From NCBI GenBank assembly GCA_028864975.1, contig JAGWLG010000040.1:1-28316 (forward strand): a DNA stretch of 28,316 bases, written 5' to 3'. Below are positions 8,960-17,188 of the stretch, one piece after another. The stretch's first letter is position 1. Every line of letters starts with the position of its first letter. Position numbers and translations under genes: made by a program. This stretch comes from Thermoplasmata archaeon (GTDB lineage: Archaea; Thermoplasmatota; Thermoplasmata; Lutacidiplasmatales; UBA184). The notes under the pieces are model-generated. The model ran no database searches. It had not been told where the DNA came from and saw only the letters and a program-made list of their open reading frames with translations.

Positions 8960-9586
8960 TCAAGCGTGGGGCTCCAAGATCTTCTTCTCGATCACGGCCA
9001 GGGTCACCGACAACGTCGAGATCGCGATCCCCATCTTGGCGGCGAGCTCCGTCAACGAGATCCTGCGAGGCACGTCGAAGTACCCCTCCGCCATAGCTCT
9101 GCGGAGCACCTCCTGCTGACGTGGTGTGAGCAACCCCGGTCCCTCGCTCAACGGCCCGTGATGGACGGCTTCCACCTGGGCCCTCCCTTCGTCGGCCTCG
9201 AGCGCCTTCAGGAGGGCGTGGACCTTCTTCTCGGGGCCCACCACCGTCCACGTCGCGACCCCGTTCTGGACCGGGAAGGGGAAGTGGCGGACGAGCCTCA
9301 GACGTTTGAGAAGCGGAAGGAAGGTCTTGCCTCGGAAGTAGACCCGGCACGTCTCGGAGCCTGCGGTAGCCTCGAGAAGCTCCACGTCGTGGACTCCGGG
9401 GAGGCTCCGGATCTCCTCTCCCCAGCCACCCCCTACCGGGGCCGTGAAATGGACCTCCAGCATGGTCAGGCCGTTCCCCACCTCCATCCGGTTCAGGACG
9501 TTCATCCGAACGTCAGGGTGCGCGGTCGTGACGCGATGGACCCAGAAGTTCTCCGGCAACTTGACGTGCAGCCGGCAGGAGAGCAC
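8960..9586 (-). CDS. Bat-like transcriptional regulator (HTH_10 C-terminus)
   Basis: LTPRQQEVLRRAMAEGYFDVPRRISLTELAAKMGIAISTLS is the HTH_10 signature. Probable GTG start at 9586. Confidence 0.88.
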   Translation of the reverse strand: MLSCRLHVKLPENFWVHRVTTAHPDVRMNVLNRMEVGNGLTMLEVHFTAPVGGGWGEEIRSLPGVHDVELLEATAGSETCRVYFRGKTFLPLLKRLRLVRHFPFPVQNGVATWTVVGPEKKVHALLKALEADEGRAQVEAVHHGPLSEGPGLLTPRQQEVLRRAMAEGYFDVPRRISLTELAAKMGIAISTLSVTLAVIEKKILEPHA

Positions 9587-9851
9587 TGCGGAGGGCGAGA
9601 GGGGAGCCTGTGGGGCGCGACCTCGCCCTGACGCCGACGGACGTCTGGGGTTCCTTCGGTCCACGTCCCCTTCCCTCAGTCTCACAGGAGAGAGGTCCCC
9701 GTATCAATCCGACGGGGGGCGACGGTGGGGGGTGTGCTCACGTCTCGGCCCTGGCCCGCCATCGCTTTGGGGCGCATGAGGTTCCCGGAGCGAAACATCT
9801 AGCGGCTCCCTCCTTAGACACCCGCGCCGTCATGTTCCCGGGGGCAGCGAG

Positions 9852-10229
9852 TTGGCGACCCATCCCTACCAACCATCGGTCCGGGCCAAGCGGGTCTACG
9901 AAACCCCCTCGCCGGGGGACGGTAAGCGCGTCCTGATCGACCGCCTATGGCCGCGGGGCCTGACCAGAGAGCGGGCACGGGTGGATGAGTGGAGGCGAGA
10001 CCTGGCCCCGAGCGACGAGCTCCGGAAGTGGTTCGCCCACGACCCGAGGAAGTTCCCCCGGTTCCGAGCGCGATATCGGATGGAACTGCTTCGTCATCAG
10101 GAAGCTCTGGCCATGCTCATCATCGAAGCCGAGCAGCGCCCCGTGACCCTGCTCTATGCTGCACGGGACCCTGAACACTGCAACGCGACCGTGCTGAAAG
10201 AGCTCCTCGAGGAGAACCTGGGCGGATGA
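9852..10229 (+). CDS. DUF488/YeaO-family protein
   Basis: KRVYE..DGKRVLIDRLWPRG, APSDELRKWFAHDP, TLLYAARD..HCNA. Confidence 0.92.
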   Translation: MATHPYQPSVRAKRVYETPSPGDGKRVLIDRLWPRGLTRERARVDEWRRDLAPSDELRKWFAHDPRKFPRFRARYRMELLRHQEALAMLIIEAEQRPVTLLYAARDPEHCNATVLKELLEENLGG

Positions 10230-10747
10230 GCGTGAGGTCCGAGACCCCGGCCGATCCCCCACTGCCCAGCCCTTCCCCCGCCGGGCAGCTCGGGTCCTTC
10301 CTAGAGGAGGACCACGACCGGCTCGACGCTCTTTGGGTCCGCGCCACGCTGGCGTGGCCCAGGGACCAGGTCGAGGCACGGCAGCTCTTCGAGGAGTTCC
10401 GGATCGGCCTCCTACGGCACATCCGCGTCGAGGAGGAGGTCCTCTTCCCGTTCTACAACGCCCGAAGCTCCCCTTCCTCCCGTCACCTGACGGACCTGCT
10501 CCATGCGGAGCATCGGGAGATCATGGCCGCTCTGGCCCGACTGATGGCCGTGGTGAACGGCGGCCCTCAGGACCTCGAGGAGGCGGAGACCGTTCTGCGG
10601 AACGTACTTTGGGCCCACAACGCTCGTGAGGAGGGGCTGCTCTATCCCTGGTTCGATCCTACGGACGATCCGGACCTGCTTCGACTTGGCGCCGACGTGA
10701 GAGCCCGCCTTTTCGTGAGCCCGGCCGGCGCGACCCCACCGCGGTGA
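10226..10747 (+). CDS. Hemerythrin (HHE) domain protein
   Basis: EDH..L, RHIRVEEEVLFP, EHREI, AHNAREEGLLYP. ATGA overlap with DUF488. Confidence 0.9.
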   Translation: MSVRSETPADPPLPSPSPAGQLGSFLEEDHDRLDALWVRATLAWPRDQVEARQLFEEFRIGLLRHIRVEEEVLFPFYNARSSPSSRHLTDLLHAEHREIMAALARLMAVVNGGPQDLEEAETVLRNVLWAHNAREEGLLYPWFDPTDDPDLLRLGADVRARLFVSPAGATPPR

Positions 10748-10887
10748 GGTCCCTCGAGCCCCGTGTTGGGGCGGACCCCGCTCGGGGTGCTCTCGCCCTT
10801 TGCGACCCGAAGCGTTTCGACGCGGGGACTATCCTCGGATCGTCCCTCAACTCCTCCAGACGCCCTCCGGCGTCCGCGGAGAAACCG

Positions 10888-11217
10888 ATGTCGCAGAACC
10901 CACCGCCGTCCCTTGGAGCTCTGAGCGCTGAGCACGTCGTCGACGTTCGAGAGACCCCGCCCTCGGAGCGGCACCCGAGGATCTTCGGGACCTTCCAGAA
11001 CCTCGAGCCCGGGAGATCGTTCATCCTCGTGAACGACCACGACCCCAAGCCGTTGTACTACCAGTTCCAGGCCGAGCACACGGGCACCTTCTCCTGGGAC
11101 TACCTCGAGCGGGGCCCGCGCGTCTGGCGCGTCCGTATCGGGAAGCAACGGGTCGCGAGCGAGCGGAGACCGATCCGCACCCTGAGCCCTTCGACCGATG
11201 GCCAGGGCGCCCCGTAG
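10888..11217 (+). CDS. DUF2249 domain protein
   Basis: VDVRETPPSERHPRIF..LEPG..FILVNDHDPKPLYYQF..WDYLERGP..WRVRI. ATG 10888 preferred over GTG 10744. Confidence 0.9.
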   Translation: MSQNPPPSLGALSAEHVVDVRETPPSERHPRIFGTFQNLEPGRSFILVNDHDPKPLYYQFQAEHTGTFSWDYLERGPRVWRVRIGKQRVASERRPIRTLSPSTDGQGAP

Positions 11218-11230
11218 GACCGGCCTCGTC

Positions 11231-12352
11231 ATGGGCGAGCGTTCGCGACTGCGCTTCCCAGCGATGCTGCTGGGGATGCTCTCCCTCGCGCTCGGGCTAT
11301 GGGCGGGCCTCGCCCGCCTGGGGTGGGGGGTCTACGTCCCCACGGGAAGCTTCCTCGAGGCCCACGGCGCGCTGATGGTGAACGGGGTCCTAGCCACGCT
11401 GATCGGGCTTGAACGAGCTGTGGCGCTGGAGCGGAGATCCCTCTTCGGCGCTCCGCTCCTGACGGGGGCAGGGGCGCTCGCGTGGGCGCTGGGGTTCCCC
11501 GCGGTGTTCGCCTCAGGTCTTCTGGTCGCCGGGAGCACCCTCCTGCTCGTAATGTTCCTCATTATCCTCTCGCGTCAGCGGGCCCTCCACACGCTCACCC
11601 AGTCCGTGGGAGCGGTCTGCCTGCTCGTCGGCAACGCCCTGGGACTTGCAGGGTTCGATATCCCCTATCTCCTCCCCTGGTGGGGCTCCTTCCTGGTCCT
11701 CCTCATCGCCGCCGAGCGGCTCGAGCTGACCCGCGTCTTCCGGGTCTCAGCCTCCCGGCGGGCCCTGTTCGCGGCCTTTCTCGCGCTCGACCTGCTGGCC
11801 TGTGGGGTCGCCCTTCGATGGTTCGTGCTGGGAGGGATGCTCCTCGGCGTCGCCTGGGTCCTCTTGGCGGCTTGGCTGGTCGTCCACGACGTCGCCTGGA
11901 GGAACCTCGGACGCCGGGGATTGCCCCGCTTCACGGCCGTCGGCCTCCTTACGGGCTACGTTTGGCTGGGGCTCGGGGGCGCGTTGCTCCTCCTCTACGG
12001 GGGGGTCGCGTCTCAGGACCTCCTTTACGATGCGCAGCTGCACGCGGTCTTCCTCGGCTTCGTGCTCTCAATGGTCTTCGCCCACGCGCCGATCATCCTC
12101 CCGGCGGTCCTTGGGAAACCGCTCACTTTCCGACTGGCCCTCTACGTCCCTCTCGCGGTCCTCCATGCCTCTCTTGCGCTGCGGGTAGGGGCCGACCTCG
12201 CCGGCTCCTACCTCGTGCGGGAGTGGGCAGGGCTGTTCAATGTCCTCGCCATCGTGCTGTTCGGGCTCACGCTCCTCGCGACGGTGGCCCTCGACTCGTT
12301 CGCGCCCATGAGGAGGGCCCTTTCCGTGGACTCGTCGGTCTTCTACCCCTGA
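11231..12352 (+). CDS. Multi-pass membrane protein, NnrS-like / heme-copper fold candidate
   Basis: About 12 TM segments; HGALMVNG..ERA, YDAQLHAVFLGFV.SMVFAHAP, LHASL His motifs. Confidence 0.75.
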   Translation: MGERSRLRFPAMLLGMLSLALGLWAGLARLGWGVYVPTGSFLEAHGALMVNGVLATLIGLERAVALERRSLFGAPLLTGAGALAWALGFPAVFASGLLVAGSTLLLVMFLIILSRQRALHTLTQSVGAVCLLVGNALGLAGFDIPYLLPWWGSFLVLLIAAERLELTRVFRVSASRRALFAAFLALDLLACGVALRWFVLGGMLLGVAWVLLAAWLVVHDVAWRNLGRRGLPRFTAVGLLTGYVWLGLGGALLLLYGGVASQDLLYDAQLHAVFLGFVLSMVFAHAPIILPAVLGKPLTFRLALYVPLAVLHASLALRVGADLAGSYLVREWAGLFNVLAIVLFGLTLLATVALDSFAPMRRALSVDSSVFYP

Positions 12353-12368
12353 GACACCCAGGGCGTTC

Positions 12369-13067
12369 TCACGCATATCCGAACTGGCGCTTGGCGAAGT
12401 CGCTCATCTTCTGCGGGCCCCAAGGGGGTTCCCAGACGATCTCGACGTCGGCTTCCCGAACACCAGGAACGGCGCGGGCTGCGGCGAGCACCTGGTCGCG
12501 GAGCATCTCCCCCACGGGGCACCCCGGGCTCGTCATGGTCATCTTCACGTGAACTTTTCCGGCGGCGGGCCAATCGATCCCGTAGATGAGCCCGAGGTCC
12601 CAGATGTTCATGGGGATCTCGGGGTCGAAGATCTGCTGGAGAGACCTCTTCAGAAGACCATCAGCCTCCGCGGTAGGGGTCTCGCGCTTCTCGAGCCCCG
12701 ATGCGGCCTCGGTCCGGGCCTCCTTGAGATCCCCTGTCGGGGCCGCCAACGCCCCCGGGGGCGTCGAAGGAAGGTTCGGGCCCTCGAGGTGGAAGCCCGC
12801 GTAGCCCTCTTCCACCACGTAGTCGATAGTGGACTCCGCGAGGTACTTCCGACTGGTGTCGTCAACCACGAGCGGGACGCCCTCGACCTCGAGGACCTTC
12901 TCGTGGGACCTCGGCCGCTCCACGGCCATGTTGGGACGGGGTTGCGCCCCTGGCAGGACGAACAGCCGGACGGCGAACCCCCGCTCGTGGGCCCGCAGCA
13001 CCCCGAGCAGCGCGTCCTTGGCACGCGGGGTCACCGTGATGCGGAACGGGCTGCGGTCGTTCATCAT
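12369..13067 (-). CDS. HesB/IscA-like domain fused to DUF59 (SufT/MIP18) Fe-S assembly domain
   Basis: N-terminal ITVTPRA..VPLVVD..YLAESTIDY..GF..N; C-terminal DPEIPMNIWDLGLIY, MTSPGCP, VWEPPW. Confidence 0.88.
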   Translation of the reverse strand: MMNDRSPFRITVTPRAKDALLGVLRAHERGFAVRLFVLPGAQPRPNMAVERPRSHEKVLEVEGVPLVVDDTSRKYLAESTIDYVVEEGYAGFHLEGPNLPSTPPGALAAPTGDLKEARTEAASGLEKRETPTAEADGLLKRSLQQIFDPEIPMNIWDLGLIYGIDWPAAGKVHVKMTMTSPGCPVGEMLRDQVLAAARAVPGVREADVEIVWEPPWGPQKMSDFAKRQFGYA

Positions 13068-13248
13068 GGTCCGCCGGACGAGGCCTGCCGAGCCCCTGAA
13101 GCCTGCGTCGAAAGGCTTCGACGGGTGAGAGCCCGGTCACTCAGGACGACCCGATAGGACTCCACAGGGGCACTGTCAGTCGCTTCCATCGATCCGTTCT
13201 GTCGCATCCACGCGCGCGCACGACGCCCCGGAGCAACCCCCTTGGTCC

Positions 13249-13794
13249 TTACGTCGGTGTCGCGGGCCTCTTCCGTTGACTTGGGCGCGCGGACATCCCC
13301 CCTGGCAGGAGAAAAGGGAGCAGCACGCGCACCAGGTTCGCGCCGAAGATGAAGAAGGAGGCCACCGCCACCAGAAGGAATACTGTGCCGAGGGGTGAAG
13401 CGGGCGCGATGAGAGCGAGCGCGAAGAACCCGAGGATGCCCACGTTGCTCATCAGGAGGTGAAGACGAGGCAGGAGACGGGGAGCCAGGGGGACCCCGAC
13501 GTGGTTCGGGACCACGATCGTGCTCACCCCGCTGATGGTGAGTCCGACCCACCCGAAGAGGGCCACCAGGTCGCGGACCTCCATGAGCCGGTCAGGAACG
13601 ATGGCGGTCCTATCGAGGAGCTGGACCGCGCCGACCACGAGCATCAACCCGGTGAGCAGGAGGAGGTACCCCGCCGCGCACAGGATCATGGCGAGAGCTT
13701 CCGGGATGGGAGGTCGGCGCACGCGCGGAGCCCCCGCTGCGGAGACCATAGGAAGGATGGATGGGGCCGGGGGGGAGAGGAGCCCTCCGCTCAC
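13249..13794 (-). CDS. Small 4-TM membrane protein (NnrS/COX1-like half unit)
   Basis: Four hydrophobic helices, LFGWVGLTISG..VPN motif, GTGA overlap with the upstream hemerythrin gene. Confidence 0.7.
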   Translation of the reverse strand: MSGGLLSPPAPSILPMVSAAGAPRVRRPPIPEALAMILCAAGYLLLLTGLMLVVGAVQLLDRTAIVPDRLMEVRDLVALFGWVGLTISGVSTIVVPNHVGVPLAPRLLPRLHLLMSNVGILGFFALALIAPASPLGTVFLLVAVASFFIFGANLVRVLLPFLLPGGMSARPSQRKRPATPT

Positions 13795-14687
13795 GCGCGC
13801 CCCCGTCCCTCTTGCGAGGGTGCGGCCAACATCGAGGCCGGGAAGGCGGGGTCGCGGGGGGAGTGGGGGAGGTGTCCCCCCTCGTCGGCCCAGGCGGCGA
13901 GGGCGAGGGGGGCTGGGTCCTCGCTCCCCGACCCTCTAGCGTGCTCGGGACATAGGAAGTCGACCCGGACACGCACGACCCCGTCCGACCCCAACCGGGT
14001 GGTTTGGGGGGATACGCCCCAACCCCCTTCGGGAGCCATGAGGCCTATCCGTCCCTCGTGGAGCGGCACCACGCGCCCCTCCGCGGTGGCCACGCATCCG
14101 TCCCTCGCGCAGTGGACGCTCAGCGGAGCCCCGAGGGAACCCGCAGGGGAAGCTAGGAGCCGCTGGATATGGCTCTCGAGGTCCTCGACGTTCGCCCGGT
14201 CGGTGGTGAACTTCTCCGCCAGCCGCTTCGAAGCCCCCTCAGGGAGTGCGGACACGAGGCAAGAGAGGGGGTAGTCCCCCTCGTGGGTCCGGACCTCGAA
14301 GGTACGGTTCCCAAGGGACTCGAGGCTGTGCGCGAGGGCATCGCGCGAACTTGCGACACCCCTCTCGTAACGGGCCAGCGCCTTCTTCGCGTTCTCGAGA
14401 ACCTCGGAGACCTCTCCGTGGTCCTTCGGCAGTTGGTCCAAGTGCACGGTGCAGGTCGACATGGCCACCGCCCGAGCCTCGGGTCCGAGGGTCCCGTCCA
14501 TGCGTTGAACATGGATGTGGCGGTACTGCTCGAGTAGCCGCAGTCCTTCCGCGATCTCCCCGGGGGGAAGGTCCTTCCCGCCCTTCAGGATCTGGGCCTC
14601 TTCCAGGATCCGTTCCAGCAGTCCTTGGGTGACCTCGTTCTCGTGTTGCAGTTCTTCCAGCGGGTCGGTGAGCTCGGTGTTCGTCAT
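13791..14687 (-). CDS. Degenerate hemerythrin-like protein with a Cys/His C-terminal domain
   Basis: PLEELQHEN, YRHIH, KDH, THEGD spacing typical of HHE bundles; C-terminal CARDGC...CPEH. Confidence 0.7.
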   Translation of the reverse strand: MTNTELTDPLEELQHENEVTQGLLERILEEAQILKGGKDLPPGEIAEGLRLLEQYRHIHVQRMDGTLGPEARAVAMSTCTVHLDQLPKDHGEVSEVLENAKKALARYERGVASSRDALAHSLESLGNRTFEVRTHEGDYPLSCLVSALPEGASKRLAEKFTTDRANVEDLESHIQRLLASPAGSLGAPLSVHCARDGCVATAEGRVVPLHEGRIGLMAPEGGWGVSPQTTRLGSDGVVRVRVDFLCPEHARGSGSEDPAPLALAAWADEGGHLPHSPRDPAFPASMLAAPSQEGRGRA

Positions 14688-14824
14688 GGTCGTGATGTCC
14701 CCTGCTTCGGGCCTCCTGAGAGGGCATGGCTCTGGGGACCGTTAGTCTCCGAGCCTAGAGGTTTCGAGCGCGCTCCGCTGCGAGCCCCCGTGAGGGGCCC
14801 GTTGCCAGGTCAAGCGACCCAACG

Positions 14825-15043
14825 TCAGCTGACGGTGATGGTCCCGGTCATGAACCCTGGGGTGGACATCGGGCCGCTGCCACAGGGAGCCATGCAGGTC
14901 CATGTGAGCGTCTCCGCGTGGTCGAAGACCGTCGTGAAGGTAACCTCGGTCGGTGTCCCCCCAGCGCCGCTGGCGACAGGGATGGGAACGTTCAGCGGGG
15001 TCGAGTACAGGGTACTTCGTCGGTCCGAGTTCCGCCGATGGAT
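14825..15043 (-). pseudogene. 5'-truncated cupredoxin (sulfocyanin-like) C-terminal fragment
   Basis: Manual translation: ..TVFDHAETLTWTCMAPCGSGPMSTPGFMTGTITVS*. No upstream start codon; absent from the ORF track. Confidence 0.6.
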
Positions 15044-15424
15044 CTAGTGTCGATGTGGACGTGGGCGGTGGATGAGCTCCACCTTGAGCCCCTCAGGTCC
15101 TCGCACGAACCAAGAGTAGGAGCCCTCCCTCCTCTTCGTACCGATGAGCGGGAGGCCCTTTCGCCTCAGCAAGGGAAGGACCCCCTGAGCCCTTGGCACC
15201 CGGAGGGCGAGGTGATCGACCCCATCGTTGGCCCGTCCCCGCGACGAGCGGCGGAGGCCCAGGACCTGGTCTCCCATGATGAGGAAGACGTGGTCCTCGC
15301 CCTCTCCGATCACTTCCATCCCGAGGCCGTCCTCGAAGAACCTCCGGGCGGCCGCGAGGTTCCGGACCTTCACGTCCACATGGTCGAAACCTGCGGGCCG
15401 CAGTCCGCCGCGTGCCTGCGCCAC
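15044..15424 (-). CDS. VOC (glyoxalase-like) metalloprotein
   Basis: FDHVDVKV, FFEDGLGM, VDHLALRV, GPEGLKVELI. Confidence 0.9.
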   Translation of the reverse strand: MAQARGGLRPAGFDHVDVKVRNLAAARRFFEDGLGMEVIGEGEDHVFLIMGDQVLGLRRSSRGRANDGVDHLALRVPRAQGVLPLLRRKGLPLIGTKRREGSYSWFVRGPEGLKVELIHRPRPHRH

Positions 15425-15461
15425 GGCTCGAGCTCCGGGGCGCGACAGGCCGACGTCCCGC

Positions 15462-16610
15462 CTAGGAGGGGCTCACGACGTGGACCGAGTGGATCCCCGG
15501 GAACTGGAAGGGGACCTGGCTCCAGCTCTTGCCCGCGTCGGGGCTGAGCACGAGCTGTCCCGTGGTGGTCCCGACATAGATACCCGCCGGGTCCAGCGCG
15601 TCGGTGTTCATCCCCTCGCGGTGAACCCCGTAGTTCCCGGGGATCTTCGTGGCGGTCATGAGCGCGCGCCAGCTCCGCTTGGTGTCGTTCCACTCGAAGA
15701 CCTGGAGCCCACCCTGGACCGTGACGCGGGAGCGCCCCTCGAGAGGGACGAAGAAGGCCCTGCCGGGGAGCGCGGGGGCCGAGGCCACCGCGAACCCGAA
15801 ATCGTCCTCGAACTGCTTGAACGTCGGGATGGACTTCCCGATCCGCTCCCAGTTGGCCATCCGGTCATGGCTGACGTACATCCCTCCATGGTCCTGTCGG
15901 TAGGCGGTGTCCGGGTTCGCGGGGTCGAGGACCACGTGGTGGACGCACTGCCCGACCTCGGGGTACTTGTGGGGCAGGAAGGGGGTCTCGACGCCCTTGT
16001 TCGCGGCCGTCCAGCTCTTGCCCCCATTCTCGCTGCGGAAGGTCCCGGCCGCCGACATCCCGACGTACATCCGGCGGCGGTCCTTGGGGTCGATGAGGAT
16101 CGTGTGCATGCAAGGTCCCCCCGCGCCCGGCCCCCAGTCCGTCTTGGTCGAGTGGTTGTTGATGGAGTCGACAGCGACCCAGCTCTTTCCAAGATCATCG
16201 CTGCGGAAGAGCATGTGCGGGTCGACCCCGAGGAAGAGGGTCTCCGGCTCGTCGGCGTGCCCCGGCTCGAAGTGCCACAGGTTCGTGATGGCGTGCTTCG
16301 GGCGTTGGACCTCTCCCCCGGACGTGTCGAACTCGGGCTTGCGCTCCTGGGTCGCCGGCATGAGCGGCGTGGTGATCTCCTCCCAGGTCTTCCCCCAATT
16401 GGTGGAACGCTTGACGATGGGTCCGAACATCCAGTCGTTGATGGCCGCGTAGAGATGGCCGGGATGCCGCGGGTCGGAGGTCACATGGAAGACCTCACGA
16501 CCGGGGCTCTCGACCTGGCCCACCCTCCAGGACTTTCGCTTCGAGTCGCTCTCGACGACATAGGCGCCCTTTCGTGTGCCCAAGAGCACACGGACCTTCT
16601 TCTCCGCCAT
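15462..16610 (-). CDS. BNR/Asp-box beta-propeller protein
   Basis: STNWGKTW, SDDLGKSW, SENGGKSW, SPDAGKSW; GPCMH and GQCVH motifs; no signal peptide. Confidence 0.88.
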   Translation of the reverse strand: MAEKKVRVLLGTRKGAYVVESDSKRKSWRVGQVESPGREVFHVTSDPRHPGHLYAAINDWMFGPIVKRSTNWGKTWEEITTPLMPATQERKPEFDTSGGEVQRPKHAITNLWHFEPGHADEPETLFLGVDPHMLFRSDDLGKSWVAVDSINNHSTKTDWGPGAGGPCMHTILIDPKDRRRMYVGMSAAGTFRSENGGKSWTAANKGVETPFLPHKYPEVGQCVHHVVLDPANPDTAYRQDHGGMYVSHDRMANWERIGKSIPTFKQFEDDFGFAVASAPALPGRAFFVPLEGRSRVTVQGGLQVFEWNDTKRSWRALMTATKIPGNYGVHREGMNTDALDPAGIYVGTTTGQLVLSPDAGKSWSQVPFQFPGIHSVHVVSPS

Positions 16611-16644
16611 CTTGTCCACGTTCCTTCGGACCGAACCCGTGAGG

Positions 16645-16914
16645 TTATCCTCCGGCTATCGAATGGAGGATATCTACTGTGTGGACGCCGGAAAGCGGAA
16701 CGGCCGTCCCGTCGCCACGGCCCGCGTCCTCCCCGTCGACGAAGACCCGAACATATCGCCGAAGGCCACCGGTCTCATCCCGCAGTTTGAGGCGCAGCCG
16801 AGGGTAGCGCCGCTCGAGCTCGTCCAGGAGCTCCTTCACATTGCTCGCGTCCAGTCGCTCAACGTCGCGCACGCCCAGTTCCCGCATCCAGGCGTCGAGA
16901 CGGACCTCGAGCAT
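16645..16914 (-). CDS. Ubiquitin-like MoaD/ThiS/SAMP protein 1
   Basis: 89 aa from ATG 16914; beta-grasp pattern RRYVRVFVDGED; C-terminal SIAGG. Confidence 0.9.
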   Translation of the reverse strand: MLEVRLDAWMRELGVRDVERLDASNVKELLDELERRYPRLRLKLRDETGGLRRYVRVFVDGEDAGRGDGTAVPLSGVHTVDILHSIAGG

Positions 16915-17188
16915 CAGAACGGGCTCGGGACCGGCCCGACCGTAATGAGGCCTCCGTATCCGAGGGGCCCAAAGGAGCCCGTTACCCACGCCGTCGGACC
17001 GGTCGTGGGCCGGAGGAGAGCTCCTGGTATCCGGCAAGGGACGACCATCGACCGACGGTGCGGACCGGATCTCCGCGGGAATCTGGCCCCCTGTGAATGA
17101 GTCACTTTCCGCCCCGCGACGGCACCCGGTCGCCGTGGGCCGGGCCGCCCTGCCGCCACCCGGGTTCGGCGTGCGCCGCCCTCCCGGT

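Noticed and set aside
13064-13207. 47-aa ORF apparently coupled to HesB-SufT
   Set aside because: The ATGA overlap is automatic in ATGATG, there is no motif, and the ORF covers the shared regulatory motif.
16915-17037. 41-aa N-terminal extension of Ubl1
   Set aside because: The beta-grasp fold starts at ATG 16914; the upstream sequence looks like promoter DNA.
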